Assembly: GCA_944364615.1 (NCBI GenBank)
Contig: CALVWF010000003.1
Location: 26,428-90,427, forward strand
Reading direction: 5' to 3'
DNA: 64,000 nt
Origin: an uncultured Clostridia bacterium
Lineage (GTDB): Bacteria > Bacillota > Clostridia > Christensenellales > CAG-314
Shown in pieces: positions 38,350 to 48,091 of this stretch (position 1 is its first letter; each line of letters begins with the position of its first letter). Both the position numbers and the translations under genes were made by a program. Below the pieces are notes generated by a model, which worked only from the letters and a program-made list of their open reading frames with translations, was not told where the DNA came from and ran no database searches.

Positions 38350-38376
38350 AACCGATATTCGAATACAGTGATTTTT

Positions 38377-38407
38377 AAGTCCGCGAAATTCGCGGACTTT
38401 TTTTGTT
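38377..38407 (+). terminator. intrinsic terminator
   Basis: AAGTCCGCG-AAATT-CGCGGACTT followed by TTTTTT. Confidence 0.85.
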
Positions 38408-38490
38408 TTTATCGCAGTCTTTTTGGCAACAGAGTTTGTGACGTTTGCGTTACCTTTTACCTCCCAAGTACTGCAATTTAAAAAGCAATC

Positions 38491-38518
38491 ACTTTTTTAA
38501 AATGGTATTCATACAATA
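38491..38518 (+). promoter_or_regulatory. candidate sporulation sigma-K/E-type promoter
   Basis: AC (38491-38492), 17 nt, CATACAATA (38510-38518) fits the AC-N17-CATAnnnTA pattern. It lies 27 nt before the ATG at 38545. Confidence 0.35.
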
Positions 38519-38544
38519 TATTGAATATCTCAAGGAGGTTTCTA

Positions 38545-39180
38545 ATGTCAGTAAACAATATGGACAACAACGGTTGCAGCGAAAAAATTTGTATTCAGGG
38601 CAAGAAAGTCTTTGACGCTTGTATGAAACAATCCACGTTGCAACAAATTACGGTCAGTGTTTCCGATGTCAATCCTCCATCACCCTCCGAACCGCTTAAA
38701 TTTGTAAGTTGTAAAAGCACTTCAACGGAAGGTCAGGTGGAAAATCTTGTAGTAGAACGTTTAAAGGAACGCCCTCGCTACGGTAGAGTTGAGGCGGACA
38801 TTGTCATTCCCGTAGAAGTTACCTACATAGACAGCAACAACGTTGAAGGCACAGGTATGGGAACGGTAACGCTTCCCGTGGATGTAGTGATGTATCTGCC
38901 CGAACCGTCGATTATTCCTTACCGTATCGAAGCGTCGGTAAGCGCCGTCAGTCCGGAAGGTAACTTTGCTCAATCGCAGGTGATCGACGAGGTGACATAT
39001 TACAACTTCGCGATCAATTGCTGCGTTACTGCAATAATCAAGGTCACAATGGATGTGGAACTGATTGTTCCCTCGTATGGTTACGCTGTGATACCGCCCT
39101 GTCAGGATTACACCGAGGAGGTTTGTTCGGGATATTTCGAATTGCCCTTATATCCCGGGGCTCCTACCGGCAACAACTGA
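38545..39180 (+). CDS. hypothetical Cys-containing protein (211 aa), possibly spore-coat-like
   Basis: AAGGAGG lies 7 nt before the ATG. Contains CSEKICIQGKKVFDAC...CCVTAIIKV...PPCQDYTEEVC. I cannot name a family with confidence. Confidence 0.6.
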   Translation: MSVNNMDNNGCSEKICIQGKKVFDACMKQSTLQQITVSVSDVNPPSPSEPLKFVSCKSTSTEGQVENLVVERLKERPRYGRVEADIVIPVEVTYIDSNNVEGTGMGTVTLPVDVVMYLPEPSIIPYRIEASVSAVSPEGNFAQSQVIDEVTYYNFAINCCVTAIIKVTMDVELIVPSYGYAVIPPCQDYTEEVCSGYFELPLYPGAPTGNN

Positions 39181-39305
39181 TTGTTGTATCTGAGGCAAAC
39201 GCACAACTTGTGCGTTTGCCTTTACTTTTACACATTTTTTCGCAACGTGGCATATTAGTAAACAGTTGCATAAGTGCGACTATTACTTACATTCGGAGAA
39301 TAAAG

Positions 39306-39518
39306 ATGCCCAAATACATCAAGTGTCCAAGGTGCGAGTTGAATTATATTACGCAATCAATGAAATACTGTACGCTTTGCGCTAAGGAAATTGAGGAAGG
39401 ACTGCAAGAGTGGCAGGACGAACCGATTATTTGCCCTTTTTGCTATAAAAATACAATGCAACCAGATGATCTGATGTGCAGTCAGTGTAAAGCAAAACGC
39501 AATAAATGTGACAGTTGA
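39306..39518 (+). CDS. small zinc-ribbon protein (70 aa, four CxxC pairs)
   Basis: The ATG at 39306 follows GGAGA. CPRC..CTLC..CPFC..CSQC. Only the last 70 codons of ORF 39018-39518 are supported. Confidence 0.6.
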   Translation: MPKYIKCPRCELNYITQSMKYCTLCAKEIEEGLQEWQDEPIICPFCYKNTMQPDDLMCSQCKAKRNKCDS

Positions 39519-39555
39519 GTGGACAAAACCGTCAGTTGTGTGGTAAAATTTCAAT

Positions 39556-40263
39556 ATGAAAATATTTGCAATAAGCGACCTGCATTTGTCGAACACTGTG
39601 GCCAAACCCATGGATATTTTTGGCAAAAGTTGGGAAAATTACATTGAAAAAATAACCGCCGATTGGCAGTCAAAGGTGTCCGATGAGGATGTCGTTCTGT
39701 TGCCCGGAGATCTGTCGTGGGCGATGCGGATAGACGAGGTTAAAGAAGATTTCGATTTTCTTGCGTCATTGAAAGGACGCAAAGTCATCTTGCGCGGAAA
39801 TCACGATTACTGGTGGAATACCATTTCGCAGGTGCGCAGTGCTTTGCCCGACGGGGTATTCGCATTGCAAAACGACGTATTGCGTATAGACAGACTTTTA
39901 CTGTGCGGTACAAGAGGCTGGGTGTGCCCCGACGGGATGAGCAAATTGTCTGATCAGGATCGAAAAATATACCTTAGGGAAGTGCAACGCTTGCAACTCA
40001 GTATAAAGGCGATGAACGCCGTTCGTCGTCCTGACGATGTCGTCATTGCCATGATGCATTATCCTCCCTTCAACGCAAGGTACGAGCAGTCGGATTTTAC
40101 TGTACAGTTTGTGCAGAACGATATTCGTCAGGTGGTGTACGGACATCTTCACGGTAAGGATTGCCGTGCCGAACTGCACCTTAAAAAATTCGGTATAGAG
40201 TTTTATTTAACTTCGTGCGACCTTGTGGACAACAGCCTTACTTTTATAAACGAAATCAATTGA
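39556..40263 (+). CDS. metallophosphoesterase (calcineurin-like phosphoesterase family)
   Basis: MKIFAISDLHLS, PGDLSWA, GNHDYWW, YGHLHG. Confidence 0.85.
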   Translation: MKIFAISDLHLSNTVAKPMDIFGKSWENYIEKITADWQSKVSDEDVVLLPGDLSWAMRIDEVKEDFDFLASLKGRKVILRGNHDYWWNTISQVRSALPDGVFALQNDVLRIDRLLLCGTRGWVCPDGMSKLSDQDRKIYLREVQRLQLSIKAMNAVRRPDDVVIAMMHYPPFNARYEQSDFTVQFVQNDIRQVVYGHLHGKDCRAELHLKKFGIEFYLTSCDLVDNSLTFINEIN

Positions 40264-40284
40264 TATGTTCTGATTTGATTTTCA

Positions 40285-40321
40285 ACGGACAAACGCTTTA
40301 ATGCGTTGTCCGTTTTTTTTT
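40285..40321 (+). terminator. intrinsic terminator
   Basis: ACGGACAAACGC-TTTAAT-GCGTTGTCCGT followed by TTTTTTTT. Confidence 0.85.
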
Positions 40322-40453
40322 GTGTACAACAATAAAATCTAAAAATGTATTTTGCCTGATTTTGTCCGTTTTTGGCAACGTGCGTAACCGAAAGTTATCA
40401 AACATATGTTCGAAAATCAAGTTTTTGCAAAAATTTTTAATTATTTTACAATA

Positions 40454-40499
40454 AAAATGGGCGAAAATGGTTGAAAGTGGTTAAAATGTGTGCTATACT
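40454..40499 (+). promoter_or_regulatory. MraZ-box direct repeats overlapping the dcw promoter
   Basis: Four units at an exact 10-nt period: AAAATGG (40454), AAAATGG (40464), AAAGTGG (40474), AAAATGTG (40483). TATACT (-10) follows at 40494-40499. Confidence 0.7.
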
Positions 40500-40529
40500 G
40501 TCTTCACTATAAGAAGGAGTGTAGTCGGA

Positions 40530-40970
40530 ATGTTCTTACTTGGCAATTTCCAACATCAGTTGGACGACAAAAACAGAATACGTCTTCCTGCCAAGTTTCG
40601 CGCCGATCTGGGGGACAAATACATATTGATGCCCGGTACCGGCGGATGTATTTACGTGTACAAAGCCGACGAAACTCAGAAGATCCTGTCAGCGCTGAAC
40701 GATATGCAGTCCATGGATCCCGTAAAGGAAGAATGGATTCGTTCCATTGTAAGTGAAGGTTGCGCCGTTGAGGCTGACGGACAGGGAAGATTTGTACTTC
40801 CCTCAAACCTTCAGCAAATTGCAGGTATCGTCAAGGACGTAAGAGTGGTAGGTTCTATTTCCAAGGCGGAATTGTGGAGCGAAGAACGCTGGCAACAGAG
40901 ACTTGCCAAGACGGACAGAAGCGCGGGAGGTTTCGACGCAATTTACAAGAACCTCAGTAACAGTCAATGA
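40530..40970 (+). CDS. mraZ: transcriptional regulator MraZ
   Basis: The ATG at 40530 follows AAGGAG. MFLLGNFQHQLDDKNRIRLPAKFR, with a second DGQGRFVLP repeat. Confidence 0.95.
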   Translation: MFLLGNFQHQLDDKNRIRLPAKFRADLGDKYILMPGTGGCIYVYKADETQKILSALNDMQSMDPVKEEWIRSIVSEGCAVEADGQGRFVLPSNLQQIAGIVKDVRVVGSISKAELWSEERWQQRLAKTDRSAGGFDAIYKNLSNSQ

Positions 40971-41902
40971 AGTTCAGTCACGTTCCTATAATGAAAGAGC
41001 AGTGCATGCAACTGCTTGACATAAAGCCGGACGGCATTTATGCGGACTGCACCGCAGGAGGCGGAGGCCATTCGGCGGGAATATTGGAAAGGCTGTCGGA
41101 AAAAGGAAAGCTGGTGTGCATCGACAAGGATACTGAAGCATTGGATGCCTGCCGTGAAAGATTTAAAGACGATGCAAGAGTGACGTTTATACACAGCGAC
41201 TACAAAGCATTTGCCGACATTCTTGACAGATTGGGAATAGACAAAGTAGACGGTATACTTATTGATTTAGGTATCAGTTCCTATCAGATAGACAATTACG
41301 AGCGCGGTTTTTCCTATATGAGTGATGACTCTCCGTTAGACATGAGAATGGACCGTACGCAGTCCCTCGACGCGGCATATGTTCTCAACAATTATACGGG
41401 AAAACAGATTTGCGATATTTTGCGTTATTACGGTGAAGAAAGTTTTGCCGTAGCAATTGCGAAAGAAATAGTTTCGATGCGAGAAAAACAGCCTTTTGTC
41501 ACTTGCGGACAATTGGTGGCGGTTACCGACAAGGTCATTCCCCAGTCGGTAAGGCGCAAGGTAGGACACTCGGCAAAGAAGACTTTTCAGGCGTTGCGTA
41601 TCGAAGTCAACAAGGAACTCGAAGGCTTGGATACAGCATTGCACTCAATGGTAGACAGGCTTAAATCGGGAGGGCGTATCGCCGTCATTACATTCCATTC
41701 GTTGGAAGACAGAATAGTGAAACATTGTTTCGCCGACTGTCAGACAGATTGTATTTGTCCCCCCGAATTTCCCGTTTGTGTATGTAATCACCGTGCCGTG
41801 GGCAAGTTGGTAAACAAAAAACCGATAGTGCCCGACAGCAGTGAAATAAAGGTTAACAGCCGTTCCGCAAGCGCAAAGTTGCGTGCGTTGGAAAAATTGT
41901 AA
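40967..41902 (+). CDS. rsmH: 16S rRNA (cytosine1402-N4)-methyltransferase
   Basis: HVPIM, DCTAGGGGHS, ITFHSLEDRIVK. ATGA overlap with mraZ. Confidence 0.95.
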   Translation: MKFSHVPIMKEQCMQLLDIKPDGIYADCTAGGGGHSAGILERLSEKGKLVCIDKDTEALDACRERFKDDARVTFIHSDYKAFADILDRLGIDKVDGILIDLGISSYQIDNYERGFSYMSDDSPLDMRMDRTQSLDAAYVLNNYTGKQICDILRYYGEESFAVAIAKEIVSMREKQPFVTCGQLVAVTDKVIPQSVRRKVGHSAKKTFQALRIEVNKELEGLDTALHSMVDRLKSGGRIAVITFHSLEDRIVKHCFADCQTDCICPPEFPVCVCNHRAVGKLVNKKPIVPDSSEIKVNSRSASAKLRALEKL

Positions 41903-41926
41903 TAAATTAAAGGAAGGGTAAATACT

Positions 41927-42559
41927 ATGAATAGCAGAGCAGGCGTATTGGAAAGAAACAAGTATATCGCCGAAGATGTTTATTCTGACATCGAAAATCC
42001 GTATGCAAGTAGTTATGCAACCGGAAATTTTTCCGATGCCGAAATATCGGTTCAGTCTATTCAACAAAAGTTGGGCGCAGTTCAACCTCTGGACCGTGAA
42101 GCGGAATCGGACAATCCCGATATAAGACCTTCCAAAGATACAATGTCGCTTAATTTCCACCGCAACTATGCACAGGCAGACAGCAAGACAGCAACAGTCG
42201 CTGCGGTTTCTACCAGAACAAAAGTTGCCGTTGTCTCTTACGTGGCAGTTGTGCTTGCGCTGATTATAGCAATTTCTTTTTGTTCGGTAGCGGTAGCGGG
42301 CGCATTCGGATCCGCCGCGTCGTTGGAAGGCGAATATGCCGTACAGGCAGCCGAACTTGCAGAACTGGAAAACCTTATCAACAGCGAAAACTACGAAGAA
42401 CTGGCTAAACGCGCAGAGGATCTCGGATTTATCGATGCCAACAGCGCAACAAGTCACACTTACGAATTACTCGAGACAAGACCGGCACAAAATTTTAATG
42501 TGGAAACCAACTGGTTCGATCAATTGTGCGACTGGCTGAGCGGAGTATTCGGAGGCTGA
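41927..42559 (+). CDS. FtsL-like cell division protein (single TM plus coiled coil, long N-terminal extension)
   Basis: It sits between rsmH and the PBP gene. TM segment VAVVSYVAVVLALIIAISFCSVAV. I recognise no specific motif. Confidence 0.55.
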   Translation: MNSRAGVLERNKYIAEDVYSDIENPYASSYATGNFSDAEISVQSIQQKLGAVQPLDREAESDNPDIRPSKDTMSLNFHRNYAQADSKTATVAAVSTRTKVAVVSYVAVVLALIIAISFCSVAVAGAFGSAASLEGEYAVQAAELAELENLINSENYEELAKRAEDLGFIDANSATSHTYELLETRPAQNFNVETNWFDQLCDWLSGVFGG

Positions 42560-42561
42560 GA

Positions 42562-44295
42562 TTGACAGATTACTATATTTCAAAAAAAAGATTGCTGACA
42601 CTTTTTGTGGCAGCAATTTTTTTGTTTGTAGGCATATTTTCAAGATTATTTTATATACAAGTAGTTTGGGGATACGATCTTCAACAAAAGGCTTCCGAGC
42701 AATGGACGAGAGATTTGCCTCTTACGGCAATGAGAGGCAATATCGTCGATACCAACGGGAACGTGCTGGCAAACAGCATTACTTCCTACGGTATTTATAT
42801 ACGTCCGCAAAGCGTCAAGGACGCCGAAAAAGTAGCAGAAGTCTTGTCGTCGGAATTGTCTTTGGATTACGCTGCCGTGTATGAAAAGGCGACAAAGAGA
42901 GGCGTATCCGAAGTAACGGTAAAAAAGCAGGTGGATTACGACACTGCGCGTAAAATAAGAAGTTACGATCTCGAAGGGGTTTATTTTGCCGAAGAATCTC
43001 AACGTAACTACGTTTACGGCGATTTTTTGTCGCAGGTACTTGGCTTTGTGTCATATGACAATATTGGACAGACAGGTATAGAAAGTTATTACGACAAATA
43101 TCTCAAGGGTATCAACGGAGTGCTGCTCACGGAAACCGACCTTACCGGAAAGGAACTGTCTGACGGGCAGTTGCACTATATTCCTGCTATAGACGGTCTG
43201 GAAATCGTTCTTACGATAGATTACGTCATACAAACCGTAGTGGAAAATGTGCTGGATATTATAATGTATCAATATGGGGCAACGGGCGCAAGGTGTATTG
43301 TAATGGATGTCACAACGGGTGAAATCCTCGCTATGGCTTCAAAACCAAGCGTGGACCTTAACAATCTTCCCCGTGACGACATAGAAACGCTGATGAAATA
43401 TTCCAAAAACACGTTGGTTACAGACGTTTACGAACCGGGCTCCACATTCAAAGTGCTTACCGCAGCGGCTTGTCTGGAAGAATACGGCAAGGGGAATCCC
43501 GATGCTTTCAGCGCAACGCATGTGTTTACCAACAATTCACGCAGCAGAATAATCGACGGATCGAAAATCAATTGTTGGTCAACTCACGCAAACGGCAAGC
43601 ACAGCAATCAGACATTGTCCGACGCATTGAACAACAGTTGCAACCCTATTTTTACCGATATTGCTTTGTCGTTGGGTAAAGAAGTAATGTACGATTATCT
43701 GGACGCATTCGGCTACGGCAAAGTTAGCGGAATAGACTTTGCAGGGGAGCAGGCAGGATTGCTCGTAGGGGAAAACGTCGTCACAAGAGGCGATCTTGCC
43801 CGCATAGGTTTCGGACAGACTATTGCCGTTACGGCATTGCAGTTGTGCAATGCCACGGCGGCGGCGGTAAATGGCGGACTGCTTATGCAACCATATCTTG
43901 TCAAGGAGATTCGTGACACAAATACGGGTCTTACGGTAAAGAGATTTACGCCTACTGTCATAAACAGAGCAATAAGCGAAGATACAAGCAAGCAGATAGC
44001 GTCAATGCTGGAACGTGTTGTAACCGAAGGCAGCGGTAAACAGGCGTATATAGAAGGCTACCGTGTAGGCGGAAAAACGGGTACGGCGCAAAAATTCGTA
44101 AACGGTTCATTGGCTGTCGGCAAATACGTGTCCTCATTTGTAGGATTTTTCCCTGCAGACAGTCCCAAGTACCTTGCACTGGTAATTGTAGACGAACCTG
44201 TGGGGCAAAGTTACGGTTCGATCGTAGCCGCTCCTTACGCCAAGACCATATTTCAACAGATTATAAATTACAAAAATCTGTCACCGTCCCTCTAA
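42562..44295 (+). CDS. class B penicillin-binding protein (FtsI/PBP2B/SpoVD-type transpeptidase)
   Basis: TTG at 42562 lies 6 nt after GGAGG (the ORF track GTG at 42526 is also possible). Motifs STFK (EPGSTFKV), SNSC-type (ALNNSCN), KTGTA (GGKTGTAQ). Confidence 0.9.
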   Translation: MTDYYISKKRLLTLFVAAIFLFVGIFSRLFYIQVVWGYDLQQKASEQWTRDLPLTAMRGNIVDTNGNVLANSITSYGIYIRPQSVKDAEKVAEVLSSELSLDYAAVYEKATKRGVSEVTVKKQVDYDTARKIRSYDLEGVYFAEESQRNYVYGDFLSQVLGFVSYDNIGQTGIESYYDKYLKGINGVLLTETDLTGKELSDGQLHYIPAIDGLEIVLTIDYVIQTVVENVLDIIMYQYGATGARCIVMDVTTGEILAMASKPSVDLNNLPRDDIETLMKYSKNTLVTDVYEPGSTFKVLTAAACLEEYGKGNPDAFSATHVFTNNSRSRIIDGSKINCWSTHANGKHSNQTLSDALNNSCNPIFTDIALSLGKEVMYDYLDAFGYGKVSGIDFAGEQAGLLVGENVVTRGDLARIGFGQTIAVTALQLCNATAAAVNGGLLMQPYLVKEIRDTNTGLTVKRFTPTVINRAISEDTSKQIASMLERVVTEGSGKQAYIEGYRVGGKTGTAQKFVNGSLAVGKYVSSFVGFFPADSPKYLALVIVDEPVGQSYGSIVAAPYAKTIFQQIINYKNLSPSL

Positions 44296-44371
44296 CATAA
44301 TTTTCAATACCGACAAATAAAATAATTCCGTACAATACATTTGTGCGGAATTATTGCGTAAGGGGAAATGA

Positions 44372-45808
44372 ATGTTTTTACAGCAGTTGCTCAACGGTTT
44401 GAATTACGAAATAAAAGGGGAAACTTTTATAGACGTGGACAGTCTTGCCTGTGACACAAGGCAGGTAAAAAAGGGGTGTATGTTCTTCTGTATCAAGGGC
44501 GGACAAGTTGACGGACATTCGTTTTATCGCAAGGCGGTGGGTGACGGAGCGGTGACAATCGTGTGTGAAAAGCCGTTAGATACCGAGGTCACTCAGATTA
44601 TCGTCAAGGACAGCAGGGAATTTATGGCAAGAGTTGCCAAAAACTTTTACCACAATGCCATAGACAAAATGAAACTTATAGCGGTTGTGGGCACAAACGG
44701 AAAAACTTCTACTACCTATCTGATAGATTCGGTACTTAATGTTGCGGGATACAATACCGCCGTGGTGGGAAGCAACGGCATTTTCATCAACGGACAGCAT
44801 TACGACAGCACGTTGACTACTCCCGATCCGATACAATTACATTCGTGGTTTTATCAGATGTATCTCAATAAAGTGCACTTTGTGATTATGGAGGTGTCTG
44901 CCCATGCCATAGCCCTCAAAAAAATGTCGGGAATAAAAGCAGACCTTACCGTTTTTACCAATTTTTCTCAGGACCATCTGGACTTTTTCAAAGACATGCA
45001 GACGTATGCCAAGGTCAAAAAAAGTTTTTTCGACAGGAAGTACACTGCAACGGCAGTGGTAAATGCCGATGACGAACTGGGCAAGGAAATAATTCGGGAT
45101 TGCAAACTGCCCATTGTCACCTACGGAATTAAAAACGCAGACGTGTGGGCAAGCGATATACAGTGTGACGATAAAATAAGTTACACGCTGAACATGTGCG
45201 GAGAACAGGCGCGGGCAGTTTATCCTTTGCGTGCTATGTTCAATGTTTACAATACTCTGGCGGCGTCTTGCGCAGTGCGTATGTTCGGAATAAAAGTGGA
45301 CAAAATCATTGAAGGCATATCTTCGGTAAACTGCATTGACGGCAGAAACGAAACATTCGTGCGTTCGGACAACGTAAAGATAGTGGTCGACTTTGCGCAC
45401 ACTCCCGACGGCGTCAACAATATATTGAGTTATCTTAAATCGCAATGCGAGGGACGTCTGATTGTAGTATTCGGGTGCGGAGGTAACCGTGACAAGTTCA
45501 AAAGACCTCTGATGGGCAGTACCGTTTCCCGATACGCGGATTTTGCAGTGATCACCAACGACAATCCGCGCTTTGAATCTCCTACTGCGATAGTGGCGGA
45601 CATCGAAGGGGGGATGACTTGTGAGTACAAGGTGGTGCTGAACAGAAGTCAGGCAACGGAATTTGCTCTGTCCGTCGCAAAATGCGGTGATACCGTGGCA
45701 ATACTTGGAAAAGGCTCGGAAAAATATCAGGACATAAGAGGTAAAAAGTATCCTTACTCCGATGTTGACGTAGTACATAATCTGATTAAAAACGACGGAG
45801 AAAAATGA
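44372..45808 (+). CDS. murE: UDP-N-acetylmuramoyl-L-alanyl-D-glutamate--2,6-diaminopimelate ligase
   Basis: GTNGKTSTT, plus a DNPR motif (ITNDNPRFE) that suggests meso-DAP specificity. Confidence 0.9.
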   Translation: MFLQQLLNGLNYEIKGETFIDVDSLACDTRQVKKGCMFFCIKGGQVDGHSFYRKAVGDGAVTIVCEKPLDTEVTQIIVKDSREFMARVAKNFYHNAIDKMKLIAVVGTNGKTSTTYLIDSVLNVAGYNTAVVGSNGIFINGQHYDSTLTTPDPIQLHSWFYQMYLNKVHFVIMEVSAHAIALKKMSGIKADLTVFTNFSQDHLDFFKDMQTYAKVKKSFFDRKYTATAVVNADDELGKEIIRDCKLPIVTYGIKNADVWASDIQCDDKISYTLNMCGEQARAVYPLRAMFNVYNTLAASCAVRMFGIKVDKIIEGISSVNCIDGRNETFVRSDNVKIVVDFAHTPDGVNNILSYLKSQCEGRLIVVFGCGGNRDKFKRPLMGSTVSRYADFAVITNDNPRFESPTAIVADIEGGMTCEYKVVLNRSQATEFALSVAKCGDTVAILGKGSEKYQDIRGKKYPYSDVDVVHNLIKNDGEK

Positions 45809-46803
45809 AACTGCAAATACTGTCATTTTGTGTAGCCTTTTTGGTATGTGTACTGTTGCTGAAACTGCTGATACCGCTTCTGGTAAAATTAAAGGCAGGA
45901 CAGACAATACTTCAATACGTTTCCGAACATAACGGAAAGCAGGGTACGCCTACAATGGGCGGAATAGCGTTTATTTTGTGCTTTTCCGCCGTTACCCTGA
46001 TTTTCTGCGGTTTTAGCGATACCACTGTAAATGTGACGGTGGCTGTAACTGTCGCTTACGGGGTGGTAGGCTTTCTGGACGACTACATCAAGGTGCGGTA
46101 TAAACACAATCTGGGATTGCGCCCTTATCAGAAAGTTTTAGTACAACTTGCTATAGCCGTTGCCGTTGCGTTGTATGTGTGGCGGTCGCCTTATATAGGC
46201 GATGTGCTCAACGTGCCATTCGGCAATACCGTAATATCGCTTGGGTGGTGGATTATTCCGTTTGTTGTTTTTGTTTACCTTGCAATGACCAACGGCGTAA
46301 ATCTTACCGACGGATTGGACGGTCTGGCAACCGTAACCACGCTGTGTTACCTTGCGGGAATATTTGCGGTAGTGTATTGCGACATGCAGCAGTCTATGCA
46401 ACTCGGCGTTGCGGATGCTGTGCAGCGTCAGTCAAACGTGCTTGTCTGCATTGCAGTAATGTGCGGAGCATTGTTGGCGTTTTTGCTTTTTAACTGCTAC
46501 CCGGCTAAAGTGTTTATGGGAGACGTGGGGTCATTGGCGCTGGGAGCGTTTACATCCTGTGTTGCCATATTTACCAACAACACCCTGTTTATTCCCGTGC
46601 TTGGTGTAATGTATGTCGTGTCTTGCGTTTCGGTAATAGTGCAGGTCGTCTATTTCAAACTGACTGGAGGTAAAAGAGTTTTTCTGATGGCTCCTTACCA
46701 TCACCATCTTCAACACAAAGGACTCAGCGAAACTCGTATAGTTACCGTCTACGCAGTAGTAACACTGTTGACCGCTATGCTTTTGCTGTATTTTGGAGGA
46801 TAA
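45805..46803 (+). CDS. mraY: phospho-N-acetylmuramoyl-pentapeptide transferase
   Basis: ATGA overlap with murE. GTPTMGGI, NGVNLTDGLDGLA, MGDVGSLALG. Confidence 0.95.
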   Translation: MKLQILSFCVAFLVCVLLLKLLIPLLVKLKAGQTILQYVSEHNGKQGTPTMGGIAFILCFSAVTLIFCGFSDTTVNVTVAVTVAYGVVGFLDDYIKVRYKHNLGLRPYQKVLVQLAIAVAVALYVWRSPYIGDVLNVPFGNTVISLGWWIIPFVVFVYLAMTNGVNLTDGLDGLATVTTLCYLAGIFAVVYCDMQQSMQLGVADAVQRQSNVLVCIAVMCGALLAFLLFNCYPAKVFMGDVGSLALGAFTSCVAIFTNNTLFIPVLGVMYVVSCVSVIVQVVYFKLTGGKRVFLMAPYHHHLQHKGLSETRIVTVYAVVTLLTAMLLLYFGG

Positions 46804-46804
46804 T

Positions 46805-48091
46805 ATGTCTAACATAGTAATTTACGGTATGGGTAAAACAGGCGTTGCACTGAAAAAGATGTTGCAAAATGACAACACACTGCTGTGCGTCGACGATGTA
46901 AAAGGCGACGTCCGACCGGAGAGCGCGGACACGGACAAAACGGATATTCTCGCATTGAGTCCGGGAGTATCGCCGGACATGCCTTTGGTAAAGAAGTGTA
47001 AAGAGAAAGGCGTAAGAATAGTTTCGGAATTGCAATTGGCAAGCGAAAGATTCAAGGGCAAAATTGTAGCAATTACGGGAACAAACGGCAAGACTACCGT
47101 GTCGTCAATGCTCAGTTACGCTCTTACGTCAATCGGAATGGACAATGTACTGTGCGGTAATATCGGAACTCCTTTTTCTCGGTATGCCGACAGCGACTGC
47201 GGAATTGCCGTCGTGGAATGCAGCAGTTTTCAGTTGAAATACTGTGACGGTTTTGCTCCCGATGTAAGTATTTTTACAAGCGTGGATCAGGATCACCTGA
47301 ACTATCACAAGACAGTGCAGGATTACATAGACAGTAAGTGCAATATTTTCAGGTGGCAGAACAAAAATTGTCGTGCAATATTCAACGCCGATGACAGGCG
47401 CGTGCTCGAACTGTCCGATGAATGCGATTGTCCCGTTCTGTATTACAGCGTAGACAACAAGCATGCGGATTGTTACATAGAAGGAAACGAAATTGTCCTG
47501 AACACCGTAGGAAAATATCAGCGGGTGAAAAGTACCGCTATAGCAAATATGTACAGACACAACCGTTCCAACGCATTGGCGGTTTTGCTTGCTGTTTACT
47601 GTCTTAACGGGGATTTCGCGGAGTGCGTCGGCGCATTGGAAAAATTTGTATTTCCTCCGCACAGGCTTATGCTGACAGGCGGATGCGGTAAAGTTGTGTT
47701 TGTGGACGATTCAAAGGCAACAAACGTACACGCTACATTATCTGCTTTGAAATGTATAGAAGGTAACATCGGTCTGATATTGGGAGGCAGTGACAAACAG
47801 GAAGACTTTTCACGGCTTGCAGACGCTCTTACCGACAACGTCAAGATAATTGCCGTAATGGGGCAAACTGCTGAAGTTATCGAAAAGTGTGTAAAAAGAA
47901 AGGTGTCGAACGTAATCAGGTGTAAAGATATGCAACAGGCTGCACGCTGTTGTTACCGCGAACTCAAACAGTGCGGAGGAACAGTATTGCTTTCTCCGGC
48001 TTGTGCAAGTTTCGATATGTATGACGGTTATGCGCAACGCGGCGAACATTTCTGCCAAGTGGTAAAAGAGGTGTGCGGTGAAGAAGGGTAA
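46805..48091 (+). CDS. murD: UDP-N-acetylmuramoylalanine--D-glutamate ligase
   Basis: The ATG at 46805 follows GGAGGA. ITGTNGKTT, FVDDSKATN. Confidence 0.9.
   Translation: MSNIVIYGMGKTGVALKKMLQNDNTLLCVDDVKGDVRPESADTDKTDILALSPGVSPDMPLVKKCKEKGVRIVSELQLASERFKGKIVAITGTNGKTTVSSMLSYALTSIGMDNVLCGNIGTPFSRYADSDCGIAVVECSSFQLKYCDGFAPDVSIFTSVDQDHLNYHKTVQDYIDSKCNIFRWQNKNCRAIFNADDRRVLELSDECDCPVLYYSVDNKHADCYIEGNEIVLNTVGKYQRVKSTAIANMYRHNRSNALAVLLAVYCLNGDFAECVGALEKFVFPPHRLMLTGGCGKVVFVDDSKATNVHATLSALKCIEGNIGLILGGSDKQEDFSRLADALTDNVKIIAVMGQTAEVIEKCVKRKVSNVIRCKDMQQAARCCYRELKQCGGTVLLSPACASFDMYDGYAQRGEHFCQVVKEVCGEEG

Noticed and set aside
39018-39305. The long form of ORF 39018-39518 (166 aa), and similarly the long forms 55264-55401, 37729-37812, 21903-21989, 31506-31550 and 40488-40529.
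   Set aside because: The upstream extensions overlap the preceding genes or terminators and lack an RBS. In each case an internal ATG with a good Shine-Dalgarno gives a sensible N-terminus.
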